NCBI GenBank assembly: GCA_049724395.1
Contig: JAUGWO010000018.1
Span: forward strand, 1 to 64,000
Direction of reading: 5' to 3'
DNA: 64,000 nucleotides
DNA from: Spongospora subterranea f. sp. subterranea
Lineage: Eukaryota
Shown: positions 1 to 10,872 of the stretch, piece by piece
How positions within the stretch are numbered: position 1 is the first letter of the stretch
How the letters are laid out: each line of letters starts with the position of its first letter
Position numbers and translations under genes: made by a program
The notes under the pieces: model-generated
Database searches by the model: none
Seen by the model: only the letters and a program-made list of their open reading frames with translations
Told to the model about the DNA's origin: nothing

Positions 1-1280
1 TTCGAAAACATTCGTTGTGACGTGTTTCTGTCTGTCGTCTTTTTTGATATTACTCCACCACTTCCATGTCGTACTATCCCGCTCTCGTTTGGCTTTTCTG
101 TTTTCGTTTGTACTTCGACTGGTTTCGATTCGGTGTCCTTTGGATCGGCAACTTCGGAATCGACGCCGCAATCAACGTCGGCTGGTTTGATTGATGGTTT
201 TGTACATTTGGCCCCGTGAACAGGAGATGAAGGTCGCGAACGTGTCCACATCTGTGGTCTAAACGTGCACACCAACTGTTCCTCCCGCCTCTGTTTCTCT
301 CTCCATTGTTCGGCCACTTTCTCTAGCCGCTTCTCCCGCTTCTTCCCCGCCGACAATAGGCGACGGAACACCTCGGTTTGATCGCTCCCCGATACGGCGC
401 TCATCGCCACCACTTCCTGATGATAAAACGAGTAAATCGCTTTCTGATCTGGGTATTTTTCCGTTTCCCATGAGCTCAGAAAATGGGAGTCGGGTCCAAG
501 CGGCGTCGACCAGATTCGTCCAGCTTTTACATCGAATAAACCGGACCCATTTGTCGACGGCGATCTCGATCTGGTTCTGGAACCCAAATCTGGATGCGGT
601 GGCGATCTCTCGATGATCTTCTCTCGACATTGACGCCTTAGCTGCTCTCGCCCTAATTTATTGAAGTGTTGGTGGTAATCGCCATCGTTGGGATCCGGTT
701 TGATGATGAAATGGCGCGGTTGTTCTCCTTCGGCCGATACCCAACGGGTCAGGTCTTCGAACCCGAGTTCGCCGCCTTCACCTTCCAACTTGTTTGAGGA
801 TAGCGCTATGATATTGAACTCGCAATTGTTTTTTTGATCCAAAATTCGCAAACCTTCACCGTCCTTATCATGATTGGCAGTATCAGTTAGATTCAGACGA
901 AGATTCTCATCGTCATCTTCATCGAAATCCTCCGGTTTCGGTGGTGAAAACAAGTCGCCACCCATTTCGTCCTCCGATGTTGCATTCGCCTGTTCAGTAC
1001 TTATGTGGCCAATCCTGTTTCCATTCACGTCTGTCGCCTTAGAACTATCTGGCGCTGTTCCATAACGAGCGATAAAATCCACCAATGCGTTTGATTCTGT
1101 GCTAGATTCTCTAGGTCTTTCATTGAGATTTGGGGGTCCTGTTGTCTCTGCCCTAATGGCGCTATTCCTATTGATAACCTCTACCGGTTCTAACGGATCA
1201 TCATCGTTAACCATAGCTAGGGCGTTAACACTTCTGGCGAACGAGATCATTTCGTCCCCAACGCCCTTCTTTTCATTCAT
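1..1280 (-). CDS. Hypothetical protein, partial (runs off left edge), >425 aa, low-complexity with a 'VFRRL...CTFRPQM' motif
   Basis: Manual translation of the minus strand from ATG at 1280 gives no stop to the window edge (MNEKKGVGDE...EEQLVCTFRPQM...QRMFS). It is absent from the ORF track because no stop lies in the window. Confidence 0.7.
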   Translation of the reverse strand, partial: MNEKKGVGDEMISFARSVNALAMVNDDDPLEPVEVINRNSAIRAETTGPPNLNERPRESSTESNALVDFIARYGTAPDSSKATDVNGNRIGHISTEQANATSEDEMGGDLFSPPKPEDFDEDDDENLRLNLTDTANHDKDGEGLRILDQKNNCEFNIIALSSNKLEGEGGELGFEDLTRWVSAEGEQPRHFIIKPDPNDGDYHQHFNKLGREQLRRQCREKIIERSPPHPDLGSRTRSRSPSTNGSGLFDVKAGRIWSTPLGPDSHFLSSWETEKYPDQKAIYSFYHQEVVAMSAVSGSDQTEVFRRLLSAGKKREKRLEKVAEQWREKQRREEQLVCTFRPQMWTRSRPSSPVHGAKCTKPSIKPADVDCGVDSEVADPKDTESKPVEVQTKTEKPNESGIVRHGSGGVISKKTTDRNTSQRMFS

Positions 1281-1422
1281 TCGAGCGCCCACTCGTGTTG
1301 CCCCTTCCGGTTCTCTCAAATAATCTTCTCCTCTATTTATTCGTACTGAAAACGATCCGAATGAACCCCCAATCCTAGATAGGTTCAGCGCAGGTTGATT
1401 GATCGCTCGGCAGTCAACAGAA

Positions 1423-2016
1423 TTAGACCGAATACAGGGCGGTTGAGCTGACGACAATCCCATCACTATCAGAATATATATAATGACCTGGCTGGAATTG
1501 AGTCCCCAGAAAGCGCAACACCACGTCGCGTTGCCCGATATTGTTCTTGTCTGTCTTAATTGGAACTGTGCCTAGCGCTTTCACCCCGATGTCAACACTA
1601 TCGATGATGGCGCTATCTCTCACATACCCATAAATTACAATCCCGCTCCATCCACTATATACAAATGAGCGATTAGATCGGATTGGGAAATGGTGAATCG
1701 AGTCGATACCGACTTGAAGCTGGCTGTTCGGGCCAGGTCATCTCCAAGAAGGGATCGTCTAGAAGATCCACCACCGTCAACGACTAACACTTGCCCATGG
1801 CCTTCCTCATTCACCGCTTTCTTCACGAACGAGTTATCTTCATGGCACTTCACTGTTGAAACTGATCGGATTTCATTAGTAAATAGTTGGTTGATCGGCG
1901 ATCACATTACTTCGCCCATGAAAGCTCTTCCTCAGACCAAACGATCGGAATGCGATCGAGGCGTCGACAACATGAATCATGTTTGGGTGATTATCACAGA
2001 GATCAGCTGTCGCCAT
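1423..2016 (-). CDS. RraA-like / 4-hydroxy-4-methyl-2-oxoglutarate aldolase family protein, intron-containing
   Basis: Exon translations MATADLCD...[15 protein letters not shown]...[21 protein letters not shown]...GVKALGTVP...IYSDSDGIV match RraA family motifs. An alternative ATG lies at 2022. Confidence 0.9.
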
Positions 2017-2123
2017 ATTCATAACAGGATTCAGATATCCTTTATATCCCCTTAAAACGGTGATTGGTAAAGGATACGGGCAAAAGGCCGTTCCCGCCAC
2101 ACCCAATTAAGTGAAGCCAATTC

Positions 2124-2209
2124 AGGTTTCCCGCAATTGGTTCAACTCCGTTTCAATACAACGACAACATTCGTATATCATAACAGTTTGAACCAACTGC
2201 GGGAAACCT
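2124..2209. repeat. 22-bp inverted repeat (1 mismatch) with 42-bp spacer, MITE-like or hairpin
   Basis: aggtttcccgcaattggttcaa (2124-2145) vs ttgaaccaactgcgggaaacct (2188-2209). Confidence 0.85.
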
Positions 2210-2212
2210 CAG

Positions 2213-3281
2213 CCTGAATCAGTTGTAATCATGAAGCCCGGAAAAAATGCTGATGGTTATTGGACTAATTCTGATCTGGTGAAACAACTCGAGAACGTCA
2301 TCTTGATTTTCAAAATTTTACATCCTGGCTGCGATGCGTTGTTTCTGTTTAATAACTCGCAGATCATCGTGCTCTTCCTCCTAATGCGCTGAACGCGAAA
2401 GTTTTACCAATCAAGGACGATGGCAAACATGTCAAGCCGCAACGTGATGGGTGGTTGTCTTGCAAACGGGGATAGACAAACCCAGTCCATGATCACGTCA
2501 GAGGGCAAGGCAAAGGGTCTACCTAAAATTCTGACTGAACGTGGTCTGTCAGATATTACTCTATCTCGACAAGCAACCCATGGAGTTGTTGCAAAAGCAA
2601 CCCGATTTCCAGGAACAAAATTGTTGATTACAAGAAGTAGTTTTTTAAGAATGATGGATTTTTATTAGACTTTATCCCAAATTCCATTGCGAATTTAACG
2701 TCATCGAGATGTACTGGGCGGCGTGCAAATTTTTCACCAGAAGGAACTGTACATATTCGTTCAATTTGCACGCCGCCCAGTACATCTCGATGAAGTTGAA
2801 TTCGCAATGGAATTTGGGATAAAAGTCTAATAAAAATCCATCATTCTTAAAAAACTACTTCTTGTAATCAACAATTTTGTTCCTGGAAATCGGGTTGCTT
2901 TTGCAACAACTCCATGGGTTGCTTGTCGAGATAGAGTAATATCTGACAGACCACGTTCAGTCAGAATTTTAGGTAGACCCTTTGCCTTGCCCTCTGACGT
3001 GATCATGGACTGGGTTTGTCTATCCCCGTTTGCAAGAAACCACCCATCACGTTGCGGCTTGACATGTTTGCCATCGTCCTTGATTGGTAAAACTTTCGCG
3101 TTCAGCGCATTAGGAGGAAGAGCACGATGATCTGCGAGTTATTAAACAGAAACAACGCATCGCAGCCAGGATGTAAAATTTTGAAAATCAAGATGACGTT
3201 CTCGAGTTGTTTCACCAGATCAGAATTAGTCCAATAACCATCAGCATTCTTTCCGGGCTTCATGATTACAACTGATTCAGG
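2213..3281. repeat. Near-perfect palindrome: ~519-bp arms (2213-2731 / 2763-3281), 31-bp spacer, made of transposase 3' coding sequence
   Basis: Arms are reverse complements (cctgaatcagttgtaatcatgaagcccgg...gcgtgcaaatt / aatttgcacgc...catgattacaactgattcagg). Only about five substitutions or indels seen by eye. Confidence 0.97.
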
Positions 3282-4729
3282 GTGGGGATGTTGAACTTGC
3301 TGCGAAGGTGACAATTTTAAAAGACCATGGATGGCATTCGCACAGGAATTCAGACACCATGATGCTGCGTCCTTCACCTTTGGGTCGCAATGGCCGATTA
3401 TCTTCGCTCATCCAAATGGTTGTCTTTCCGTCATCTGAGCTGAAACACGATTCATCGTGGGTAACCAGAACCAATCTTCGATTCCCGTCGCCTAAGTTTG
3501 GCGCGATTGCCCTCAGAACATCGACGTCTTTGTCCAACACATCAACGTATTTCGTCATTCGTTCTTCATAGTTTAACTTCCGATTTAAGAATAACTCTCG
3601 ATATAATATGACATCACCTCGTTCGTGGCCATCAACGTATGTCCCCTTTTTGAAAACACCATATCTTAAGTCAAGAACGTGAAGCCAACGCTTTGCAGTC
3701 GATTCTGAAACTAAAATAGGTGAGGGCAGTCCGACCTTGCTGTGTAGTTGATTGGCAATCCATTGTGAAAAACTGTGACACGTGACTGAATCATGGATTT
3801 GGCATTTTAACCAGATTCGGCATTCGCGAGCGATATCTTCATCATGGATGAGAGATCTGCTTTTCACGTGACATCCTTGACGATGTTTAGGCAATTCTTT
3901 GTGAAGAAGAAAATGCTCTGCCCATTTCCGAAATAGTTCGAGAATGATTGATTTCACTTCTTGTGGGAAAAAGATTAGCCGCAACAGTCCTGGATGCAGC
4001 GACCATATTGACTGACGACTGTAAAAGCGTGAAATATTGTTCAAGAGCAATGTTTCTGATGAAGTCGTATTTTGATACGCCCTCCATTTGTTTTTCAGCA
4101 GTGCTGCTCGCTGTCACCCTGGTGTAGTTTTCCAATGATTCCAAGTGCAGCATCAACAAAAATGGCCATTGCACCATGATCGATGTCTGCTGCGTTTAAG
4201 GGTCGGGAATCCACAGGCGTTTCAACTTTGAAAAAAAAATCAGTGATCTTTGAGTTCTCGACAGCAGACTTCAATTTGGCTTTCTCGCGATTTTGATTTC
4301 GCCATGTTGTCGTTCTACTATTGCCAGAATACCCACAGCGCAGGTGCGAACCAGCGCCTTTTTTTCCAAGTCAAAAACGACGGATTGACTGTCGAAAATT
4401 CAACTTCATCAATTGCGTTATCACTGCAAAAGTAAATACTCCCTCCGTTCAACAATGATACCGTAATCCGGTTCACGGAGTTTCTAAAACTTGATGCCAA
4501 TTTTTTTAAGTATTTCCCAATAGAGTGTAGAATGGCATAGAGTGCTCCTTGTGCTGTCCGTGTATATAAGTTTCCTCTATTCTAAATCTTCTGGGGGCTG
4601 CGCAATATAAGTTAGAAATGTATGGTTTTCAAAAAGCGCGGGCGATTTGACGCCAGTGTGTCATTTCAATATTTACCGCTCCCATTACCATGCCAGGAGA
4701 CGCCCAACCACCAAACCTTTCCAACGGTA

Positions 4730-5815
4730 CAGTACCGGACACCTTAACTCTCCAACTTTGCCACTACAGGCTACGGAGTATCTGATAACGTTTACGTTCA
4801 GGAACAAACTCGGATTACAACTGAATGAATCGATTGCATTTGCAATTTTAAGAAGGGTGATTGAACTAGAAAATTTGAATTCTAATTATTGACTGACTTA
4901 TGGGCACTCAAACTATCGACTTTTTCAAGTATTTGAAACATTAAATATAGGTGAAAAACAGTTTTGTCCATAGATACACTTAGAGAAATGCGTGCGCACA
5001 TATTTTCGCAAAACAATGTTGCGACTTACGGACCAGTAAACTGCGTCAAGGGCAATCATTCAGGAAGGAACCCAACCAGAACAAGAAGAATCTGCCAACC
5101 ATCATGCATTTGCTTCTGATGCTTTGGTAGCAAGCCGCTTAAACCTGAGCGATGGCGGAAAGAACGTAAAATTTACGAGGCCAGGATGGTACATTTTAGA
5201 CTGTGTGAAAGTTGAGCGTGGTGGTGAACGAAGAAGGGCAGCAGAAAGGCTGCAGAACAATTTTACAGGAGCGCGGTTTGTGGCCTTTAAGCGGTTTATC
5301 GTTGAAAAACGCCAGGAACCTGTTAGGACAGCAACCAGACTTTCAGGAGCAACAAGAATGGCTCATCGAAACCGTTACTTCCGACCCAGATTTCATTGTG
5401 AATTCAACCACATTGAGATGTATTGGGGACACGTGAAAAGGTATTTGAGACAATACTGCAACTATTCATACAAAGGTCTGGAAGAGATGTTGCCAGAGGC
5501 GTTCGCCTCAGTTTCAAAAGCCACAATCAGGCGACACGCTCGCAAGTGCTTTCGATATATGGACGCGTACTCGCCGTTTTTCATCGAGTACTACTCGATG
5601 AAAAACGGCCAATATCTTAGCATGAAGCAGGTGGAATTCGCTGTGCGAATTACGTCGACATCGATCTGTACCTAACTCTATCTTTTCAGAATTATAAAAA
5701 TGTTTTCATCGCCTCTGGCACTTTGCTCACTGATTTGGATGAATTTGCAATGAAATCTTGGGAGAAATTCAATCAGAAAAGGCTGGGTCAGATAACGGTT
5801 TCGGTGAGCAATTCT
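4730..5815 (+). mobile_element. Internally deleted DDE transposon copy C (family of A) nested in element B
   Basis: Starts TA|cagtaccggacaccttaactc, similar to the element A terminus. Encodes QKG..TILQERGLW, QPDFQEQ, RFHCEFNHIEMYW, FRYMDAY. Right boundary is approximate. Confidence 0.7.
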
Positions 5816-5880
5816 TTCCATTAGTAGAAGGTTTTCCATGCGACATTCGCTCTTTGATGTGGCTGATAACAACAGCATAT

Positions 5881-5933
5881 TCGACGAAGGATGGTTTCGC
5901 AACGGAATTGGTTGCGAAACCATCCTTCGTCGA
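5881..5933. repeat. Perfect 23-bp hairpin with 7-nt loop
   Basis: tcgacgaaggatggtttcgcaac-ggaattg-gttgcgaaaccatccttcgtcga. Confidence 0.95.
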
Positions 5934-8138
5934 TCGTCGATGACTGCGCCCATCGCCTACCAAAAAGCAGTTCGACGGTAAGATCGGTATCTGGCCTTTC
6001 GTTGTTCAGGAGCCCGCGAAACGAAATTCGAAGAATCGCGGAAAAGGCAACATGTCACAAAGCCAATTGAAGTCACCAGGCCAGTATACGTGAAATTGAA
6101 TCACAGAGAATGTGTGGAGGCCCCAAGAAGCATCGACGAGCTTATTTCAGCAGTACAAAAGTCTTTCGACGACATGCCACCTGAAAAGCTGGGCAATGTC
6201 TTCTTTCTTTACAGAAAGCGATGGAATGTGCAATGAGAGTCGAGGGTGGAAATAACTATGCGGTTGCCCATATTGGAAAAGACAAGTTACGGTCACAAAA
6301 TGCTCTTCCAGTTTCCATAATATGTGATCCAGACGCAATTGACAAGGCGAGAGATTTTTCTAAATTCGTAATACAATAGGGTCGTCCGGTGTTGAATTTT
6401 GATTTGCATGCCCTTTACTTCCAATAGGCCTGACCATGGTGCCTTTTTTTGCGATTTTTCAAAGTTCGTTTCGCCGGCTCCTGGACAACGAAAGGCCAGA
6501 TACCGATCTTACACCTATTACTGTATAGGAATCGGACTACGGTATCATTGTTGAACAAAAAAATCCGCGAATCGGTCTATCATTGTTGAACGGAGGGAGT
6601 ATAAAGAATCGTCTTTATCATTATCTGAAACTACAAGTTCTTTGTCAGGAATGGTCAATGTCTTTTGTCGTTTAGATTCCCTTGCTTGCTGAAGCTGCTT
6701 ATGGCGACGATTACTGGGAGGCATGAAGCAGTCAAAAATGTTAAGACGCGTTGCCGAAAGACGAGAGTCCGATACACAAGGGGTCCTCGAACCGGGCGCA
6801 CGCATTTATAAACTGCGTGACAATATAATCAAAATATGCGTACGCACTAAAATACTGCGTTCACGCACAATTTGTGAAGTTTAATATTTGACCATACATG
6901 TTTCAAATTTTTCATCTTCCATACAACTTTGATGGCTCACTAGTCAGTCAATATTTGGAACTAGTAGAGAATTGTTCTGTATTGCTTTTTGTTTCGACGA
7001 GATCTGTCGAATTACAGAGCGTTTGTTGGAATCTAAGAAAGTTTGAACTGAGTTGAAGATATCAAACTCCGTGACGCCCTCTCAATGGTGTTGAGTTAAG
7101 GTGACTGGGACTGTACCTCAATGCGTATTGTCGCACAATGGCCAATCTACCAAATCTGCCACCTATCAATTAGCCTGGTGGCCACAATAATTGCTGTGCG
7201 ATGTCTGGAAAACAGAGTTCGTAACTAAGCGCAACCCATTCTACAACCACATTGCGCAGCGTTTAGAAACAATGCGCCGATGAAAACGGCCTCAGAATTC
7301 CAGCGGGAAATGCTTTTGTCGATATGAGGATGAGGACTGTCATGGCCTTGCAGTATTTAAGGCTTGGGCGACGGCGCGGGCTTCGCAGACGATGGCGTTG
7401 TCTTCTTCCGGTGTCCATCTGCGGCCGAAAGCTTTCTCGTTGGCTGGACAACGACAGCAGAGACGGGGACGGAGTCGTCCATTCGGCCCATGTGGAAAAC
7501 TCGACGCACTTCAAGTAGAAAATTCCGTCCATCCAATTATTGCGACCCAAAACCGAGATGCGCAAAAATCCGACGACTCTGTACTTCAACCAGTCTCTGA
7601 ACCAGTGTAGCGCGGACCACAGAATTACAAATGTCATTTTGCTCATTCACTACACCATAATGAATTAGGTATGCCATTTTGGCCATTATTGGCAAAATAA
7701 GCCATTATGGCTATCAACCTTGCAGGTGCCGACTGTGTTGATTGCGACAACGCAACCTTTTTAAAATCCGGAATCATTTGCTACGTAGCTGTTCGTCATT
7801 TTTGCTTCTGGGTCCCGGAAAATCACCCAAATCCGACAAACATTTTCTTAAGTGCAACCACGTCGGCACTGGGGTGTTGCGCCATTGCCAGTCGCCCGAG
7901 ACTTCAGCTCAGCAAACTTCACTCACGCAAATCATCATAGATAGTATTGGTTGGTTGCGCCACGGCCACGCGGCAGTCGAGTCGCCCAAGATTTTGGTTC
8001 AGCAGCCCTTCACTCAGACTGTCTCAGAAACTTCGGCACCAGTGGCGAATGTCCGTGCGAACGGCACCAAGTCCGGACAAGTGTGGATTTGCTGACGAGG
8101 GAAATCATCACATCAAATTCGTTCACTCTCTATTCGTC

Positions 8139-9192
8139 ATGAATTGCTCCGTTATTCTGATCACTGTCCTGACTATATTTGCTCTGTCCGAATCTCACAA
8201 CCAGCGCCAATCAGGTTCAGATTCGGTGCCACTCTCATTTTGTAAGCAGATCCATTCCGGACTCGGCAAGTTTGCTCATTTCATCTGCGAGTCGTGTAAA
8301 GAAAGGTTTCCGAAACTTTGACGGATGCATTCCGGTATCAAAGAAAAAAAGTCGTTTGGCCCTTGCAGATAAGGATAATCCAATCAAGGAATTTTCCAGT
8401 GGTGTTGATGTTTTTCCAGCCGTGACATCATTACTCAGTGCAACTGAGGAGAATCGAGTGAGTACTGGGGATATCTTAGACGAGGAAGAACGCCCTTGTG
8501 AATCACTAGCTGTTCATGAGCCATCCCCCGAACATGTTGTTCATGGCGTTGATGTTATTTCAACCGTCGTGTTACCCAGTACAAATGATGTTGAGTCCGA
8601 ATCTTTAGGTCCTAGCCAATCCGGTTCAGATACCCGCCCGCCACTAAAATTCAAGAAACGCATTTCCGCTGGACTCAACAAATTTGCCCATTCATCCTCG
8701 CGTCGTCTAAAGAAAGTATTTTCGAAATTTGGTGAATGCATTCCGGTTATGAAGGGTAAAACTCGCTCGGCCGGTGCAGCTAGGAACAATGAAATCAAGG
8801 AATTGTCTAGTGGCGTTGATTTTACTCCAACCGAGAAAATCCTCTTTCCAATTGATGAGAACGAGGAAGAGATCTGTTGCGAATCAGAAGCTGGTGATGC
8901 GCCATCCCCCCAAAATGTTATTCAGGATGACACAGAGATTGTTGATAAGAATATTGTTCACATCCATTGCCTTACACCTAATGTAGACGAGGATACTGCT
9001 GCTAACGCACAGGATGATGTGAGTGCACACGATCCTGTTGAGTCTTATTCTACTACTGCCAATGTACTCCATCTCGTTGACTCCAGGTCTGAAATAGACC
9101 CCTCATCTATGCCGAAACTATTCAAATTGCTCGCTATATTCTGGATTGTTACTGCATTGCATAAGTTGATCGGAAAATGGGCAATACACTGA
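8139..9192 (+). CDS. Putative secreted or membrane-anchored protein with two ~65-aa internal repeats (one apparent frameshift at ~8280)
   Basis: Signal-peptide-like MNCSVILITVLTIFALSES. Repeats QSGSD...GL.KFAHSS..R.KK.F..F..CIPV...N.IKE.SSGVD at ~8208-8410 and ~8617-8821. Hydrophobic C-terminus LFKLLAIFWIVTAL. Confidence 0.65.
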
Positions 9193-9357
9193 ATACACTC
9201 CAAACGGTTAAATCCACTATTTCGTCAAATAATTTCTGTATTGTAGTATTGACAGAATAATATTCAAATGCTTGAACAGTGAGGGACGAAATGAGAGAAC
9301 GCTAATCAAACATGTATTATACAATAGACCAATGGATCGTGGGCTGAAATATGGAAG

Positions 9358-10702
9358 TCAATAAGGTATTGGATATAATGGATTAGCGGCAATAGCACAT
9401 TGTCCAGAATGTTGATCCTGATCGGTACGAGCCAATTTCATGAACCCTTCCTGGCCCCAATCTTCTCCCCAGCTGTTTTGAATCTTCCAGAATTGAGATT
9501 GAGTTGAGCTATCGACTCCATAACTATGATTACAGTAAACAATGGAATGGCGATGATAACGACGAGGACGAGTGATACCCGACAATCAACACTGAATGGC
9601 GTGGCGATGATGAACACGTCCCATCATATATTCCAGAGCTGTAGAACATGATACCGCGATCGCTAACTGCATCAATGGACGATATAACTGGGCGAGTAGC
9701 TACCGCCATCTATAGGATTTCATAAGATATATCAACAGGTTGTTTGGTCAAGGTTGATAACGACCTTGAGATCAGTCTGGTTATTGGGCAGAACATATGA
9801 GTATGATCGTATGTTGACCAGATTATCACAGACTTGGTCTTGACAGGACTCGGAATCACGACCTGTATAGGGATATGATGAGCTGGTGCAGATCCCGCCA
9901 TGCCCGATAATATAGCTATGGATATGGGGTAAATGGATGGCAATAGATGGGCGGTACATCGTTTACTCTAGCGATGATTTGGCCGACCCGCCATTGCAAC
10001 CATCATTGCCGAATGACCAACTGCAATCAATCAATTGCTGCTCCGATAGCGGTAGTAGCTCCCCGGTTGATATCGCTGATGCACTCTATCATGGCAAGTT
10101 CATGCTAATAGCCCATTTAGACTCATGAAATGATTCCTCACCTGAACCGCTGCGGATGTGGCGATTGCCCAGCTGGATCGGCATCGTCCCTGATCTAGCA
10201 CTGGGGATAGCGCCCCGATCTGTTGCCAATCAACCTGATCTGGGGTGATTGTGGTATAGGCCGAATCCGTCCTGGATGAATTGGTGACCGAGCCCGACAT
10301 CTTCAATAGGGATTAAGCAAAACAATCCATTGTGTGAACACGGGGTCGTTTCATAACCTGATCAGAAGCATTGCCCATTACCCATAACCGAAACTGATCA
10401 TGGGTCATATCCCCAAACTGGTTCATCATCATATCGTATGATCGTAATGGATTATCATTGTGCTGTTTGATAAAACCTGCATTATCCATAAACGTCGCTC
10501 TCCGAGCTTCCTCCTCTTGATCAGATGCATATTCCTAACACAGTTGAAAACTATCACCATAATGACAGTAATCAGCTCACTAAAGTACTTTGCTATATTT
10601 AGATAGGAATTCTTTGAAATCTCTATCGTCATCGGCGGCAACGTGGGAGATTGTCGCGATTCCAACAATAATCAGGCCCAGAAATAATCCAGTACACCCC
10701 AT
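9358..10702 (-). CDS. Secreted papain-family (C1A, cathepsin L-like) protease homologue with catalytic Cys replaced by Ser
   Basis: Signal [24 protein letters not shown]29 propeptide motifs E..RR..F..N...I..HN and NQFGDMT. Mature domain VDW...[41 protein letters not shown]. Multiple short introns. Confidence 0.9.
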
Positions 10703-10872
10703 TGCTACTCCTTATTGCAATTCTTGAGAAAGCCACAGGTCGTGCGCCTACTCTCAATAATATCTGACAACCCCCCGTGTAGTGTGTCATCGATAATACC
10801 CTTCTGATCATATACCGAACCCACCAATAATGTCTAATCACTCTGCTACATTTATAAGATACCATAAGTACT

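Larger units (their letters stand above)
4439..6599 (+). mobile_element. Degenerate DD39D (plant-mariner/Stowaway-type) element B inserted at a TA in element A
   Basis: Perfect 22-bp TIRs ctccctccgttcaacaatgata (4439-4460 / 6578-6599), each flanked by TA. Internal fragments encode DE.WF (~5882), FDGKIGIWPFV..PAKRNSKNR (~5971-6040) and GGNNY.LPH (~6245-6270). Confidence 0.85.
2763..7113 (-). mobile_element. Degenerate IS630-Tc1-mariner-type DDE transposon (element A), interrupted by nested insertions at 4439-6599
   Basis: Motifs [54 protein letters not shown]-terminus MPPSNRRHKQ near 6724. Terminus cagtcccagtcaccttaactc ends at 7113, followed by TA (7114-7115). Several frameshifts. Confidence 0.8.

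Noticed and set aside
5881..5933. Rho-independent terminator or structured ncRNA
   Set aside because: Eukaryotic context, no U-tract, and the arm derives from transposase coding sequence.
4730..7113. Single transposon bounded by the TIR-like ends at 4730 and 7113
   Set aside because: It would interleave with the perfect mariner TIR pair (4439/6599). The ends are better explained as belonging to two different copies (C and A).
7263..8095. Cluster of short overlapping ORFs and an imperfect palindrome at ~7656-7710
   Set aside because: No homology cue, and the palindrome is short and mismatched.
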